Assembly: GCA_965198225.1 (NCBI GenBank)
Contig: CBDAOY010000007.1
Coordinates: forward strand, 256,001-320,000
DNA: 64,000 nt
Direction of reading: 5' to 3'
Source of the DNA: Terriglobia bacterium
Lineage (GTDB): Bacteria > Acidobacteriota > Terriglobia > 20CM-2-55-15
How positions within the stretch are numbered: position 1 is the stretch's first letter; the number at the start of each line of letters is the position of its first letter. The translations under genes were made by a program, and so were the position numbers. The notes under the pieces were generated by a model. It was given only the letters and a program-made list of their open reading frames with translations, ran no database searches and was not told where the DNA came from. Shown here one piece after another: positions 40,512 to 50,951 of the stretch.

Positions 40512-41882
40512 ATGTTCATCACGAAAAAGCACATTTCCCGGCGTACAGTTCTTCGGGGCATGGGAGCAGCTGTCGCGCTGCCGTTCCTGGAGTCGATGGC
40601 CCCGGCCGCGACTCCGACACGCCAGACGGCGGCTTCACCCAGGAGTCGTTTCCTCGGTATCGAAGTCGTTCACGGTTGCGCCGGCAGCACGGAATGGGGG
40701 ACCAACGAAGCGCTTCTGATCCCTAAGAAAGAGGGGCGCGATTTCGACTTTGGCATGATCATCAAGCCGTTGTCGTACTTCAAGGACTACCTCACCACCA
40801 TCAGCATGACCGATTGCGGTGCGGCCGACCCCTGGACGCCCGAAGAGGTGGGAGCCGACCATTTCCGGTCTGCCGCGGTGTTCCTGACGGCTGCGCATCC
40901 CAAACAGACGGTCGGTTCGGATGTCTACTGCGGAACATCGCTCGATCAGATGTACGCGCAGGAGTACGGACAGGACACGCCGGTGCCGTCGATCCAACTG
41001 ACCACCGAAAACGCGGATGCGGCCGGCAATTGCGGATGGATGTACAGCTGTTGGTACATGAACACGATAAGCTGGTCCTCGCCGACAACCCCATTGCCGA
41101 TGACCCTGAACCCGCGGCTGGCTTTCGAGCAACTGTTCGGGACCGGTGGCTCTGCCGAGGACCGCGCCACGCGCCGGCGGTTGAATCGGAGCATCCTGGA
41201 CGGTATTGGCGAAAAAGTCGCCTCGTTGCGGGGAGATCTGGATGGCCCGGACCGGAACAGGTTCGACTCTTATCTGGACAATGTCCGGGAAATCGAGCGG
41301 CGGATCGAGGGCATCGAGAAATACAACGCCGCCAATCCGGACAGGGAACTGCCATCGGCCCCGGTCGGCGTGCCTGACTCGTGGGATGACCACACCAGGC
41401 TCCAGTACGATCTTATCGCCCTAGGGTTTGCGTCCGAGACGACGCGTGTCGCGACGTTAAAGATAGGACGGGACACGTCCAACCGTGTCTTCCCAGAAAG
41501 CGGCAGCACGACGCCGTTCCACACCGCCTCACACCACCAGGATGTGCCATCGAAGATCATGGACCTGGCCAAGATCAACCGGTACCACATCAGCCTGCTG
41601 GCGTCCTTCCTGAACAAGCTGAAGAACACCGACGACGGCGACGGCAACCTGTTGGACAATTCCCTGGTGTTCTACGGAAGCGGCATGGGCAACTCCAATG
41701 TCCACGGGCACAAGCGCGTACCGGCGATTATCGCGGGCCACGCGGGCGGGAAGATCGCGGGGAACCTGCATGTTCGCGCCAAGGAGGACACGCCGCAGGC
41801 CAACATACTGCTGACCCTTGCGAACAAGATAGGCCTGAACCGCGAAACGGTGGGCGACAGTACCGACACGTTTGCGATCTGA
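40512..41882 (+). CDS. DUF1552 Tat-exported protein, copy 2
   Basis: MFITKKHISRRTVLRGMG, FHTASHH; paralog of 17162-18541. Confidence 0.9.
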   Translation: MFITKKHISRRTVLRGMGAAVALPFLESMAPAATPTRQTAASPRSRFLGIEVVHGCAGSTEWGTNEALLIPKKEGRDFDFGMIIKPLSYFKDYLTTISMTDCGAADPWTPEEVGADHFRSAAVFLTAAHPKQTVGSDVYCGTSLDQMYAQEYGQDTPVPSIQLTTENADAAGNCGWMYSCWYMNTISWSSPTTPLPMTLNPRLAFEQLFGTGGSAEDRATRRRLNRSILDGIGEKVASLRGDLDGPDRNRFDSYLDNVREIERRIEGIEKYNAANPDRELPSAPVGVPDSWDDHTRLQYDLIALGFASETTRVATLKIGRDTSNRVFPESGSTTPFHTASHHQDVPSKIMDLAKINRYHISLLASFLNKLKNTDDGDGNLLDNSLVFYGSGMGNSNVHGHKRVPAIIAGHAGGKIAGNLHVRAKEDTPQANILLTLANKIGLNRETVGDSTDTFAI

Positions 41883-41904
41883 AAACTAAAGAGGGAGACT
41901 CGAG

Positions 41905-43476
41905 ATGATAGTAAGCCTGTTACTGGCGATGCTGATGGTACCCGCCGTCGACGCCCTGGTGGCCGATGCGGCCATGCGGGGGGATTTGGGTCAGGTGCGG
42001 TCGCTGCTGGCCGAGAACGCGGACGTGAACCAAGCCCAGGGGGACGGCACCACCGCGCTTCACTGGGCCGCCTACCGTGACGATTCGGAGATGGCACAGG
42101 TGCTGCTCGATGCGGGCGCCACCGTGGGAACCAAGACCCGGAACGGCGACTTTACGCCTCTCTTTATGGCTGCCCGGAACGGGAGCGCGGCGATCATCGA
42201 GCTTCTGCTGGACGGCGGATCCGACCTGAATGCTCCAAATACAGCCGGAACCACCCCGCTCATGCTGGCAGCAGCGGCAGGGAAGCCCGATGCCGTCCAG
42301 TTGTTGCTGGAACGTGGAGCCGACGTGGCGGCCAGGGACACGATCAACGGTCAGACTGCCGCGATGTTTGCGGCGGCGACGAACTCCGGTGCAGCGATCA
42401 AGGTTCTGGTCGAGCACGGCGCGGACCTCAACGCCGTTTCGAACGTCCTCCATCCCCGGAACCGGAGTGAAGACCTGGACTTTACTGACAGGGACAGGCG
42501 GCAGAATCGCGGGCCGTGGCTTGGAGGGTTGACGCCCTTGCACTTTGCCGCCCGGGAAGGCCAGATGGACGCGGTCCGTCAACTCGTGGCTTCAGGAGCG
42601 GACGTCAACGTCGTGGCCACTACAGATCAAACTCCTGCGATGACGACGGCTATCATTAACGGCCACTTCGACATCGGGAAGTTCCTGCTCGACAACGGGG
42701 CCGATCCGAACCTTGCGAACTCCGGTGATCTGACCGCCTTGTTTGCCACGATCGACCAGGGTTGGGTGGCCAGAACCTGGTATCCGGGTGCGAATTCCGA
42801 GCAGGAGACGGTGGGCCATCTTGAGTTGATGGAAGCCCTACTGACCGCCGGCGCCGATCCGAACGGGCGAATGGGTCCGAAGTTGTGGTTCCGGACGTTC
42901 CATGGGGACTGGGTGGACTCGGACGGTGCGACAGCTTTCTGGCGCGCCGCACAATCGAATGACATCCCGGCGATGCGCCTCCTGGTTTCGGAGGGCGCGG
43001 ATCCGAGCATCCCGACCAGACCCGGGGGTTCACCACTCCAGGTCGCCGCCGGCTTCGGCTACCAGCCCCAGACCAGCAACTTTGCGCCGGACGCGCGGCT
43101 CGCGACCATGAAGTACCTGGTGGAAGAGCTCGGCGCCGATGTCAATGTGAAGGACGATAAAGGCTACACGCCTCTGCACGGCGCGGCGCTGATGGACGAC
43201 CTGGAGTTGATCGACTACCTCGTTTCCAAAGGCGCCGACGTGACAGCCCGTGCGAGCCACATCTACGGTCGGAACGACGATACGAACGAGAACGTCGAAG
43301 AGGGCATGGGGGACAGCGTCGCGGATTTTGCGAATGGTCCGCGAGAGTGGAACCTGCAGTATCCCGACATCGTCGACCACCTTCTGGAAATGGGCTCGGA
43401 CTTTACTGACGATTGCAAAGCGGCTCAATGCACTCAGAAGACGCGTCCGGAGCGCTTCCCTAAGAACAATAACTAA
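41905..43476 (+). CDS. Secreted ankyrin-repeat protein, copy 2
   Basis: Ankyrin repeats; GATAFWRAAQS.D and ANGPR shared with copy 1; C-terminal Cys pair. Confidence 0.9.
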   Translation: MIVSLLLAMLMVPAVDALVADAAMRGDLGQVRSLLAENADVNQAQGDGTTALHWAAYRDDSEMAQVLLDAGATVGTKTRNGDFTPLFMAARNGSAAIIELLLDGGSDLNAPNTAGTTPLMLAAAAGKPDAVQLLLERGADVAARDTINGQTAAMFAAATNSGAAIKVLVEHGADLNAVSNVLHPRNRSEDLDFTDRDRRQNRGPWLGGLTPLHFAAREGQMDAVRQLVASGADVNVVATTDQTPAMTTAIINGHFDIGKFLLDNGADPNLANSGDLTALFATIDQGWVARTWYPGANSEQETVGHLELMEALLTAGADPNGRMGPKLWFRTFHGDWVDSDGATAFWRAAQSNDIPAMRLLVSEGADPSIPTRPGGSPLQVAAGFGYQPQTSNFAPDARLATMKYLVEELGADVNVKDDKGYTPLHGAALMDDLELIDYLVSKGADVTARASHIYGRNDDTNENVEEGMGDSVADFANGPREWNLQYPDIVDHLLEMGSDFTDDCKAAQCTQKTRPERFPKNNN

Positions 43477-43482
43477 TGATCT

Positions 43483-43841
43483 GTAGGTGCGGTCTATGAC
43501 CGCACATTGTTTCAGGCGGGCCCCGACGGCCCGCCTTTTTTCTCGCCCGTACCCGCCCGCTTCGCGAAAGGTGCAGGTGCGGTCTATGACCGCACATCCC
43601 TCGGACCGAAACAACGTGCGCTCATACAAGCTGTGAACGAATGCCATCTGTTTGAGAATCGGGTGGCGGGGTTTTTCACGAAGAACGTGCGATCCTCAAG
43701 TGTAGGTGCGCTCTATGAGCGCACAAATGCCCGGGGGACCACAAGTTGTGCGGTCATAGACCGCACCTACAAGTGAAAAGCCCCGCCACCCGATTTTCCG
43801 TTCCCATAATTCGTTCACAGCTTCATAGAGCGCACCTACAC
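43483..43841. repeat. REP plus REPIN, copy of 20247-20514
   Basis: REPs at 43483, 43573, 43702, 43748 (inverted) and ~43823 (partial), with the same spacer palindromes. Confidence 0.85.
43514..43541 (+). terminator. Rho-independent terminator
   Basis: AGGCGGGCC-CCGAC-GGCCCGCCT followed by TTTTT. Confidence 0.8.
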
Positions 43842-43868
43842 CTCGATCAGGACTCGTACCCGCCTGTC

Positions 43869-44768
43869 TCACCACAGCAGTTTTCTTGATGACGCAAAGC
43901 TCCGCGGTTTTCCGCTCAGCGGATCGACGAACGACAATCGCTTCGCCAGGAGTTGAAGCGGTGGATCTCCTTCCCGTTTGTCCGTGGCGTTGGGATAGAG
44001 AGCATCACCGACGATCCCAAATCCGATAGACGCCATGTGCACCCGGATCTGGTGTTTCCTCCCGGTCTTCGAGCGGATCCGGAAGAGCCCAACATCTTCT
44101 CGCACGTCGAGGAGTTCGATGTCCGTGATCGCGTTCGCCGCTCCATCGACGATCTGCCGTCGATACCAGGGATCGCCTTCCTCGATCCGGTTTTCCACGA
44201 TCCATTTCTTCTGGTCCGGGGCGTCGACAAGGCGGGCCACGGCAAGATACTCCCTATCGAGGGTGCCCTCTGCGAAGAGCCGGTGGTAATGATGCCGGGC
44301 AGCCCGCTTGACGATGAGCAGGACAACTCCCGCAGTGTCCCGGTCGAGCCGATGGGCCGGCGTGAGCGTGCCGAGTCCGGTGCTCCTCTGCAGGCGGACC
44401 AGTAACGAACGCTCCACGTGGTCCCCGGCCGGTGTCACGACCATCCCGTGCGGCTTGTCGGCAACCAGAATTTCCTCATCCCGGTACAGGACCACCTCCT
44501 CATCGAGCGGATCCGGCTCCGAGGGGACCTCCTTGCGGTAGAAGATCGTGACGCCGTGGCGATAAGCAGAATCTTCCCGCACCCTCGTCCCGTCGTCGCG
44601 CGTCACGAGACCGCGCGTGACTCGCTCACGCCAGATGTGTGGGGCCACCTGCGGAAAATGCTCGATCAGGTGCGCGAGGATGGTTGCCGGGGGAGACTCG
44701 ATCTTGGGGAGATGGAGCCGGGATGGCGGGGGGAGGAAACCGTGGTCGGGATTGGGGTCGTTGTTCAT
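43869..44768 (-). CDS. RluA-family pseudouridine synthase
   Basis: VADKPHG, HRLDRDTAG, TGRKHQIRVH, IVGDALY. Confidence 0.92.
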   Translation of the reverse strand: MNNDPNPDHGFLPPPSRLHLPKIESPPATILAHLIEHFPQVAPHIWRERVTRGLVTRDDGTRVREDSAYRHGVTIFYRKEVPSEPDPLDEEVVLYRDEEILVADKPHGMVVTPAGDHVERSLLVRLQRSTGLGTLTPAHRLDRDTAGVVLLIVKRAARHHYHRLFAEGTLDREYLAVARLVDAPDQKKWIVENRIEEGDPWYRRQIVDGAANAITDIELLDVREDVGLFRIRSKTGRKHQIRVHMASIGFGIVGDALYPNATDKREGDPPLQLLAKRLSFVDPLSGKPRSFASSRKLLW

Positions 44769-44785
44769 GCGAGCGTTTGGATCGT

Positions 44786-45949
44786 TCAAACCCGCTGTGC
44801 GTCCTTCCGATTGCTTCCCGCCACGAGCTTGTACTCGAAAAGCCGGCAGTCGAGCGCGCCGTTGAACAGGGGTGTACGTCTCGACGCGCTCAGCCGGATC
44901 AGCCTGGGCAGGCGCATGTCGGCGGAGAAGATGTAGGCTCTCCATCCGCTGTAGTTTTTCTTCAGTACATCGCCCAGCCGGGGATAGAACCTGGCCAGCC
45001 GCTTCTGCTCGTCCATGCGTACGCCGTAGGGCGGGTTCGTGACGATGATTCCGGACGGCGCCGGCGCCGGCATCTCCAGAACATCGGCTTTTCGGAGGCG
45101 GACCACTTGTTTCATGCCGAGGGCAGCGAGATTGGCGCGTGCCCGACGCACTGCATCGCCGTCGCGGTCGCTTCCGTAGATGGTCTGCGCCATTGTTCTC
45201 TCTTCGCGAGTTCGCACGCGGTAACGCAGCTCCTTCCAGGCTCTGCGGTCATGGCATTTGAGCTTCTCAAAGCCGAAACTGCGGTTCGCGCCCGGAGCGA
45301 TGTTACCGGCAATCATGGCGGCTTCGGTCAGAAGCGTGCCGCTCCCGCACATCGGGTCGAGCAGCGGGATTCCCGGCTCCCAACCGCTGAGGCGCAGGAT
45401 GCCGGCGGCGAGGTTCTCCCGCATCGGCGCCTCGCCTCCGGCGGCGCGGTATCCGCGCATGAACAGCGGATCGCCCGAAGTGTCGAGATAGAGTGTCAAG
45501 TCGCCGGCGCTCAGGAAGGCATGGATGCGGACGTCGGGGTCGCGGGTGTCGACATCGGGTCGTCTTCTGGTGGCGGCCCGAAACACGTCGCAGATGGCAT
45601 CCTTGATCCGCAGTGTCGCGAAATCGAGGCTCTTCAGGGGGCTCTTGATCGCAGCCACGTTCACTCGAATGGTACGCTGGGGGCCGAACCAGTCCGGCCA
45701 CGGCAGCCCATGTGCGATCTGATATATGTCCCGCTCGCTGCGGTAGCGGCCGTGACCGATTTGCCAGAGCACCCGGCTCGCGATGCGGCTTTCGAGATTG
45801 ATCGTGTAGCACGTCAGGTAGGGGCCGCTGAACTCGACACCGCCCTTGAGGGCCTGGACGCTCTCCGCAGCAAGCGTCTCCAACTCCCGGGCAAGTGTGG
45901 TTTCGAGGCCGCGCGGGCAGGGTGCGAAGAAATGCTCTGTCGTACTCAC
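44786..45949 (-). CDS. THUMP-domain rRNA methyltransferase (RlmL/YpsC-like)
   Basis: LDTSG.PL..RGYR, APMRENLAA, LDPMCGSGT, NPPYG. Confidence 0.92.
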   Translation of the reverse strand: MSTTEHFFAPCPRGLETTLARELETLAAESVQALKGGVEFSGPYLTCYTINLESRIASRVLWQIGHGRYRSERDIYQIAHGLPWPDWFGPQRTIRVNVAAIKSPLKSLDFATLRIKDAICDVFRAATRRRPDVDTRDPDVRIHAFLSAGDLTLYLDTSGDPLFMRGYRAAGGEAPMRENLAAGILRLSGWEPGIPLLDPMCGSGTLLTEAAMIAGNIAPGANRSFGFEKLKCHDRRAWKELRYRVRTREERTMAQTIYGSDRDGDAVRRARANLAALGMKQVVRLRKADVLEMPAPAPSGIIVTNPPYGVRMDEQKRLARFYPRLGDVLKKNYSGWRAYIFSADMRLPRLIRLSASRRTPLFNGALDCRLFEYKLVAGSNRKDAQRV

Positions 45950-45952
45950 TGT

Positions 45953-46175
45953 TGATTCTTGAATTCTAGTTCCCCAGCGTGACTAGCTGACGCGGGTCTC
46001 TGCCAGCTGGGGACGAAGGCCACGGATTACACAGATTGCACGGACAGGAAGAAGCCTGTGGTCTGCTGTCCGAAAGGCCACTGCCTGATCCGATAAATCC
46101 GCGTAATCCGTGGCCGGATTTATCCGCTGATTCTCGAATTCTAGTTTCCCGCGTGACTAACCTGACACGGGTCTC
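45953..46175. repeat. About 48-bp imperfect direct repeats enclosing a 20-bp inverted repeat
   Basis: TGATTCTYGAATTCTAGTT...GTGACTA..CTGAC.CGGGTCTC at 45953 and 46128; GGCCACGGATTAC IR at 46018 and 46096-46115. Confidence 0.65.
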
Positions 46176-46246
46176 GGCTCATCCGTTATACTTTCTGAAT
46201 ATTAGCGAACTGTCTCTATGAATCTTTCACGGTTAAGGTGGCATCC

Positions 46247-46765
46247 ATGTCTGCACTGAAGTTTTCCCATCTTCCCGATACTGCCCGAGTCTGGATCTAC
46301 GGCGCGGAGCAACCCTTGACTGAGGACCAGGTCCGTGGGCTCGATGGTCACATGGGGCAGTTTCTGGCCCAGTGGCATTCCCACGAACGTCCGGTCACGC
46401 CCGCCTGGCAGCTCGAGCATGACCGGTTTGTCATCATCGGCGCCGACGAATCGGCGGCGGGCCTGTCGGGGTGCTCCATCGACAGCATGGTCCGAAACCT
46501 GAAAGACTTCGACAACTCGACGGGACTGAATTTCCTCGGCACCGGCGGCCAGGTGTTCTACAGAGATGCTGCCGGCTCGATTCAGTGCGTGGACCGACCG
46601 GCCTTTGCCCATCTTGCAACCCAGGGCGCGATCGATGGCCAGACTGTCGTGTTCAACAATGTCATCGGGACCGTCGGCGAATTCCGTGCCGGGCGATGGG
46701 AAATTCCGATGCGGGATTCCTGGCACATGGATGTCTTCGGCAAGTCCCTAGCGTCCTCGTCCTGA
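46247..46765 (+). CDS. Conserved hypothetical protein
   Basis: ARVWIYG...W.SH...SGCSID...VFNN...SW pattern of a widespread uncharacterised family. Confidence 0.7.
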   Translation: MSALKFSHLPDTARVWIYGAEQPLTEDQVRGLDGHMGQFLAQWHSHERPVTPAWQLEHDRFVIIGADESAAGLSGCSIDSMVRNLKDFDNSTGLNFLGTGGQVFYRDAAGSIQCVDRPAFAHLATQGAIDGQTVVFNNVIGTVGEFRAGRWEIPMRDSWHMDVFGKSLASSS

Positions 46766-46841
46766 ACGCGAACAGAATCCCATCGAGAACTCTGCAGTTC
46801 GATTTAGCAGCCGGATGCTAATGCTGCCTCAAGGCACTGGC

Positions 46842-47468
46842 TCACCCAGCTGACAATGGGCCGGCATCCTTCGCGAAGCGTTTGTGAAGCCCCGCAGTCG
46901 TGAGATGCGGTGGAAGATGTCCGACGTCGTTGTAGCATTCCACCCACATCCGCCCGTTGGCTTCGATGGTAACGGCGCTGATACCGCAGTTCAACGTTCG
47001 CAGATTCAACCAAGCGTAGTCGGGTGCCGCAAGCGCGCGACAAGTCAGATACCGGATCAAGTTGCCGTGAGAGACGATGATTTCGTGCTTATCCCGCCCG
47101 CGAGCGGGTCTGAAGTGTCTGGCAAAGGCCGCTTCCGCCTGCGCCCTTCCAGCCTCGATAACCTCTGGTGGGATGCGGGCGAAGACCGATGGGGGGGGCA
47201 CATGGTTGGGCATAGACGGGGTACACTCGCGAAGCGTTCGACTCTTTTCGTGACCGATCCCCTCAAACTCGCCGCGAATGATCTCGGCCGTTTCGACCGC
47301 TCGCCGTAAGTCGCTGGAGTATATGGCCGTGGCGGGCAGGGTTCGGAGTCTCCTGGCCGTCAGTCGGGCCTGCTTCCGTCCGCGACGCGTCAACCCCTTG
47401 TGGGGGGTTGGCTGATCGTCCCAATCATATTCACCATGCCGGATGAGGTAGAGGGTTCGCGTCGCCAT
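46842..47468 (-). CDS. Histidine phosphatase (PGAM family)
   Basis: LYLIRHGE, LT..GRKQA, YSSDL.RA.ETA, VSHGNLIR. Confidence 0.92.
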   Translation of the reverse strand: MATRTLYLIRHGEYDWDDQPTPHKGLTRRGRKQARLTARRLRTLPATAIYSSDLRRAVETAEIIRGEFEGIGHEKSRTLRECTPSMPNHVPPPSVFARIPPEVIEAGRAQAEAAFARHFRPARGRDKHEIIVSHGNLIRYLTCRALAAPDYAWLNLRTLNCGISAVTIEANGRMWVECYNDVGHLPPHLTTAGLHKRFAKDAGPLSAG

Positions 47469-47762
47469 GCGCTCTCCTTTTCTTCTCGAGATGATGTCAG
47501 CAGGAAGCTGTCAGGATGGTACCCCGAAAGCTCGCATGACATGTAATTGCACCGGTGTGGACCCCAACCTCTCTTCCCGCTCCAGGAATAAGAAAAATCA
47601 CTCTTATTCTTTTGTGCTTACCTGCGGCTATAATCCCGGAATCGCCAATTTTGTTCGCGTCTCAGGTACCTCGCCTGAGGGCACCTACGTCTGTGACGCC
47701 GATCGGCGATATATCGCAGCCAGCAGCCTTCTGCCACGGGCCGCTCACATTCAGGAGGAAAG

Positions 47763-49844
47763 ATGTCGCGAAGATTCATAACCCTGAGCCTGACTTTCAT
47801 GTTATTCGCCGGACTCACGGCGGTGGCGACCGAGCGGCCGGGCCAGGACCTCGATACCAGCAACGGGGAGTGGCCGCACTACACGGCAGACATAGCAGGC
47901 AGCAAGTATTCGCCCCTGGACCAGATCAATGCCGACAACTTCGATAAGCTCGAGGTCGCGTGGAGCTTCAAGACCGACAGTTTTGGGCCGCGGCCCGAGA
48001 ACAAGCTGGAAGGGACCCCGTTGATGGTCAACGGAGTGGTCTACACGACCGCGGGCACGCGCCGGGCAGCCGTGGCTCTCGACGCGGAGACTGGCGAGTT
48101 GCTCTGGGCGTACCGGATGGATGAAGGGCGTCGGGCGGATATGGCGCCGAGGAAACTTTCCGGGCGCGGCCTTGCCTACTGGACCGACGGCCAGGGCGAC
48201 GAGCGCATCATCCTGGTCACGATCGGCTACAGGATGGTGGCCCTTGACGCCAAGACCGGCATACCCGTTCCCTCGTTCGGTCGCGACGGCGTCGTCGATC
48301 TGAAAGTCGGTGTCATCATCGGCAAGGACAAACAGGTCGATCTCGAGATGGGTGAAGTCGGCCTGCACTCGACCGCCGCCATAGTCGGCGACAAGATCAT
48401 CGTTGGCTCATCGATGGCGGAAGGCCTGGGATACCGGTACAGCATCAATGCAAAGGGCGTCGTCCGTGCCTTCGACGCCAGGAGCGGCGACCTGCTCTGG
48501 GGCTTCGACGGCGTTCCCGGTCCGGGACAATTCGGGAACGACACCTGGGAGGGCGGCTCCTGGGAGTGGACCGGCAACAATGGCGTATGGACCGAAATCA
48601 CGGTCGATCCCGAGGCCGGAATCGCCTACCTGCCCATCGAGACCCCGACGATCGACGAGTACGGAGGAAATCGGCTGGGTGACAACCTGTTCGCCGAAAC
48701 CCTCGTCGCGGTCGACCTCGAGAGCGGTGAGCGGCTGTGGCACTTCCAGCTCGTGCACCATCCGATCTGGGACCATGATATCTCTGCGGCGCCCCTGCTG
48801 ATGGACGTGACGATCGACGGCCGCGACCGCAAGATCGTGGCTCAGCCCGGAAAGCAGGGCTGGCTCTACGTGTTCGACCGGATTACGGGAGAACCGATCT
48901 GGCCGATCCCCGAGGTGCCCGTCCCTCAGACCGACGTCCCGGGCGAGAAGACCGCGCCGACCCAGCCCATGCCGACCAAACCACCGCCGTATTCGCGAAC
49001 CCACCTGGAGATAGATGACCTCATCGACTTCACGCCGGAGCTGCGGGCGCGGGCTCTGGAGAACCTGAAGAAGTACCGCTGGGAACCCATCGCCTACATT
49101 CCCCACGTGGGTCCGGACAGCGAGTACCTCGGAGCGGTCAACGTCGGCACCACGCTCGGTGGCATCAACTGGCCGGGAGCCTCGTTCGACCCGGAAACCG
49201 GCATTTTTTACGGGCAGGCCCACAACTCCCAGATCCGGGCGACCAAGTTCACCCAGGAATACTTCGACACCGTCAAACCTGAGACGCAGGCCGCCAACCG
49301 CATCCCGATATGGGAGGACGAGCGGGAAGAGGTCCGAGGTCGCAGGGGGCGTCGAGGTCGTCGCGGACCCCGTCTGAACGACGGGTTGGAAGGCCTGTCC
49401 ATCGTGAAACCGCCGTACGGTGTGCTGACCGCACTCGATCTCAACACGGGTGAGCGTGTGTTCCAGGTGCCGCATGGAGACACGACTGACGACGTTCGGG
49501 CGAACCTGGAGCGGCTCGGCCTGGAAGTTCCCGAAAAGGCCGGACAAGGTTACAGCGTCGGGCTCATAGTGACGAAAACCCTGGTCATCCTCGGCGATCC
49601 CCGCGTCACGTCGCCCCCGGGTCGGGAGCGTGGGGCTATGCTTCGCGCTTACGACAAGCAGACCGGCGAGGAAGTCGGAGCCGTCTGGATGCCGGCCCAG
49701 CAGAGCGGTTCGCCCATGACCTACATGGTCAACGGACGCCAGTACATCATCGTGGCGGTCAGCGGTGGGAGTTACTCGGGCGAGTACATCGCCTTCACCC
49801 TGCCGGACGAAGAGATCACCGGCGCGGGAGGTGGTCTGCAGTAA
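47763..49844 (+). CDS. PQQ-dependent (glucose/quinate-type) dehydrogenase
   Basis: YSPLDQIN..N, TPLMVNG, WHFQLVHH.IWDHD, KQGWLYVFDR.TGEP, SPMTYMVNGRQYI. Confidence 0.9.
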   Translation: MSRRFITLSLTFMLFAGLTAVATERPGQDLDTSNGEWPHYTADIAGSKYSPLDQINADNFDKLEVAWSFKTDSFGPRPENKLEGTPLMVNGVVYTTAGTRRAAVALDAETGELLWAYRMDEGRRADMAPRKLSGRGLAYWTDGQGDERIILVTIGYRMVALDAKTGIPVPSFGRDGVVDLKVGVIIGKDKQVDLEMGEVGLHSTAAIVGDKIIVGSSMAEGLGYRYSINAKGVVRAFDARSGDLLWGFDGVPGPGQFGNDTWEGGSWEWTGNNGVWTEITVDPEAGIAYLPIETPTIDEYGGNRLGDNLFAETLVAVDLESGERLWHFQLVHHPIWDHDISAAPLLMDVTIDGRDRKIVAQPGKQGWLYVFDRITGEPIWPIPEVPVPQTDVPGEKTAPTQPMPTKPPPYSRTHLEIDDLIDFTPELRARALENLKKYRWEPIAYIPHVGPDSEYLGAVNVGTTLGGINWPGASFDPETGIFYGQAHNSQIRATKFTQEYFDTVKPETQAANRIPIWEDEREEVRGRRGRRGRRGPRLNDGLEGLSIVKPPYGVLTALDLNTGERVFQVPHGDTTDDVRANLERLGLEVPEKAGQGYSVGLIVTKTLVILGDPRVTSPPGRERGAMLRAYDKQTGEEVGAVWMPAQQSGSPMTYMVNGRQYIIVAVSGGSYSGEYIAFTLPDEEITGAGGGLQ

Positions 49845-49957
49845 GTCGGAGGTCAGGACAGGCGGGCGGTTCTCAATGGTGTCCCGCACCACCCGCCGTT
49901 CCCATTTGAACGTAATCCGCGAGCACAGTCATTCGGCGGAAGCGTTGAGGAGAAGCC

Positions 49958-50911
49958 ATGAAACCTTTTGTCGCGATTCTTGTGATCACCCTCGGCCTGG
50001 TCGCCGCAGATCCGGGGCTGCTGGGCGAGACAGAACAACGCGGACGTGGGCAGGGCAGAGGGGGCCAGCCTCAACCGCCCCGGCGTCTGGCGTGGGTGGA
50101 TCGAACCGGGGAGGTTCAGGGCAACGTCGGCCCACAGATGACCTCGATCCTGGACCCGTCGATCTCGCCTGACGGCACCAAGGTAGCGGTCCGCGGAAGG
50201 GAAAACCAGGGCGAAACTGACGCCCTCTGGATCCTCGAAGGTGAGACCAAGCGGCGCGTCACAACCAACGAGGGCGCCGAACGTCACATGATCTGGTCGC
50301 CGGACGGCCGACGTATTCTGTACTCGCTGCAAAACCAGGGCGGGGTGTCGAATCTGTACATCCGCAACGCCGACGGAAGCGGAGAAGACCAGCCGCTGGT
50401 CGTCAGCGAGGGAATACACAAGTGGTATCCCTCATGGTCTCCCGATGCTGGAACCGTCGTCTTCCACACGAACGACCCGGAGACGCAGGCAAGGGATCTC
50501 GGGTTCGTCAACGTCGCCAGCGGCACGACCGGAATCCTCGTCGGCGATCCCGAAATCCAGGCGCTTGCCCGGATGTCTCTCGACGGGCGTTTCGTAGCCT
50601 ACCAGTCGAACCAGGATGGCCAGATGGAGATCTACGTCACGACCTTTCCGAGATCCGAGCAGAGGTGGAAGGTTTCCCCAAACGGGGGAACCTGGGCCAA
50701 GTGGAGCACGAATGAACTTTTCTACTGGGAGGGAAACACTCTCATGGCCGTCGAGTTCAGCGATGAGGGCGGTTTCACTGCCGGGACGCCTCAGAAGTTG
50801 TTCACCGGCGCACAGGCCGGCATGGGCGCCAACAACATGACCTCATACAATCCGGAATACGACGTCACTCCAGACGGGACCCGATTCATCGTCTCGCAAC
50901 GCGTGAACTGA
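49958..50911 (+). CDS. TolB-like / PD40 beta-propeller secreted protein
   Basis: Signal peptide; SPDG / WSPD repeats, FVAYQSN..G..EIYV, YDVTPDG.RF. Confidence 0.8.
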   Translation: MKPFVAILVITLGLVAADPGLLGETEQRGRGQGRGGQPQPPRRLAWVDRTGEVQGNVGPQMTSILDPSISPDGTKVAVRGRENQGETDALWILEGETKRRVTTNEGAERHMIWSPDGRRILYSLQNQGGVSNLYIRNADGSGEDQPLVVSEGIHKWYPSWSPDAGTVVFHTNDPETQARDLGFVNVASGTTGILVGDPEIQALARMSLDGRFVAYQSNQDGQMEIYVTTFPRSEQRWKVSPNGGTWAKWSTNELFYWEGNTLMAVEFSDEGGFTAGTPQKLFTGAQAGMGANNMTSYNPEYDVTPDGTRFIVSQRVN

Positions 50912-50951
50912 TTTCCGCAGGCGCGGGGAAACGCTTTCACGATAATCGGGT

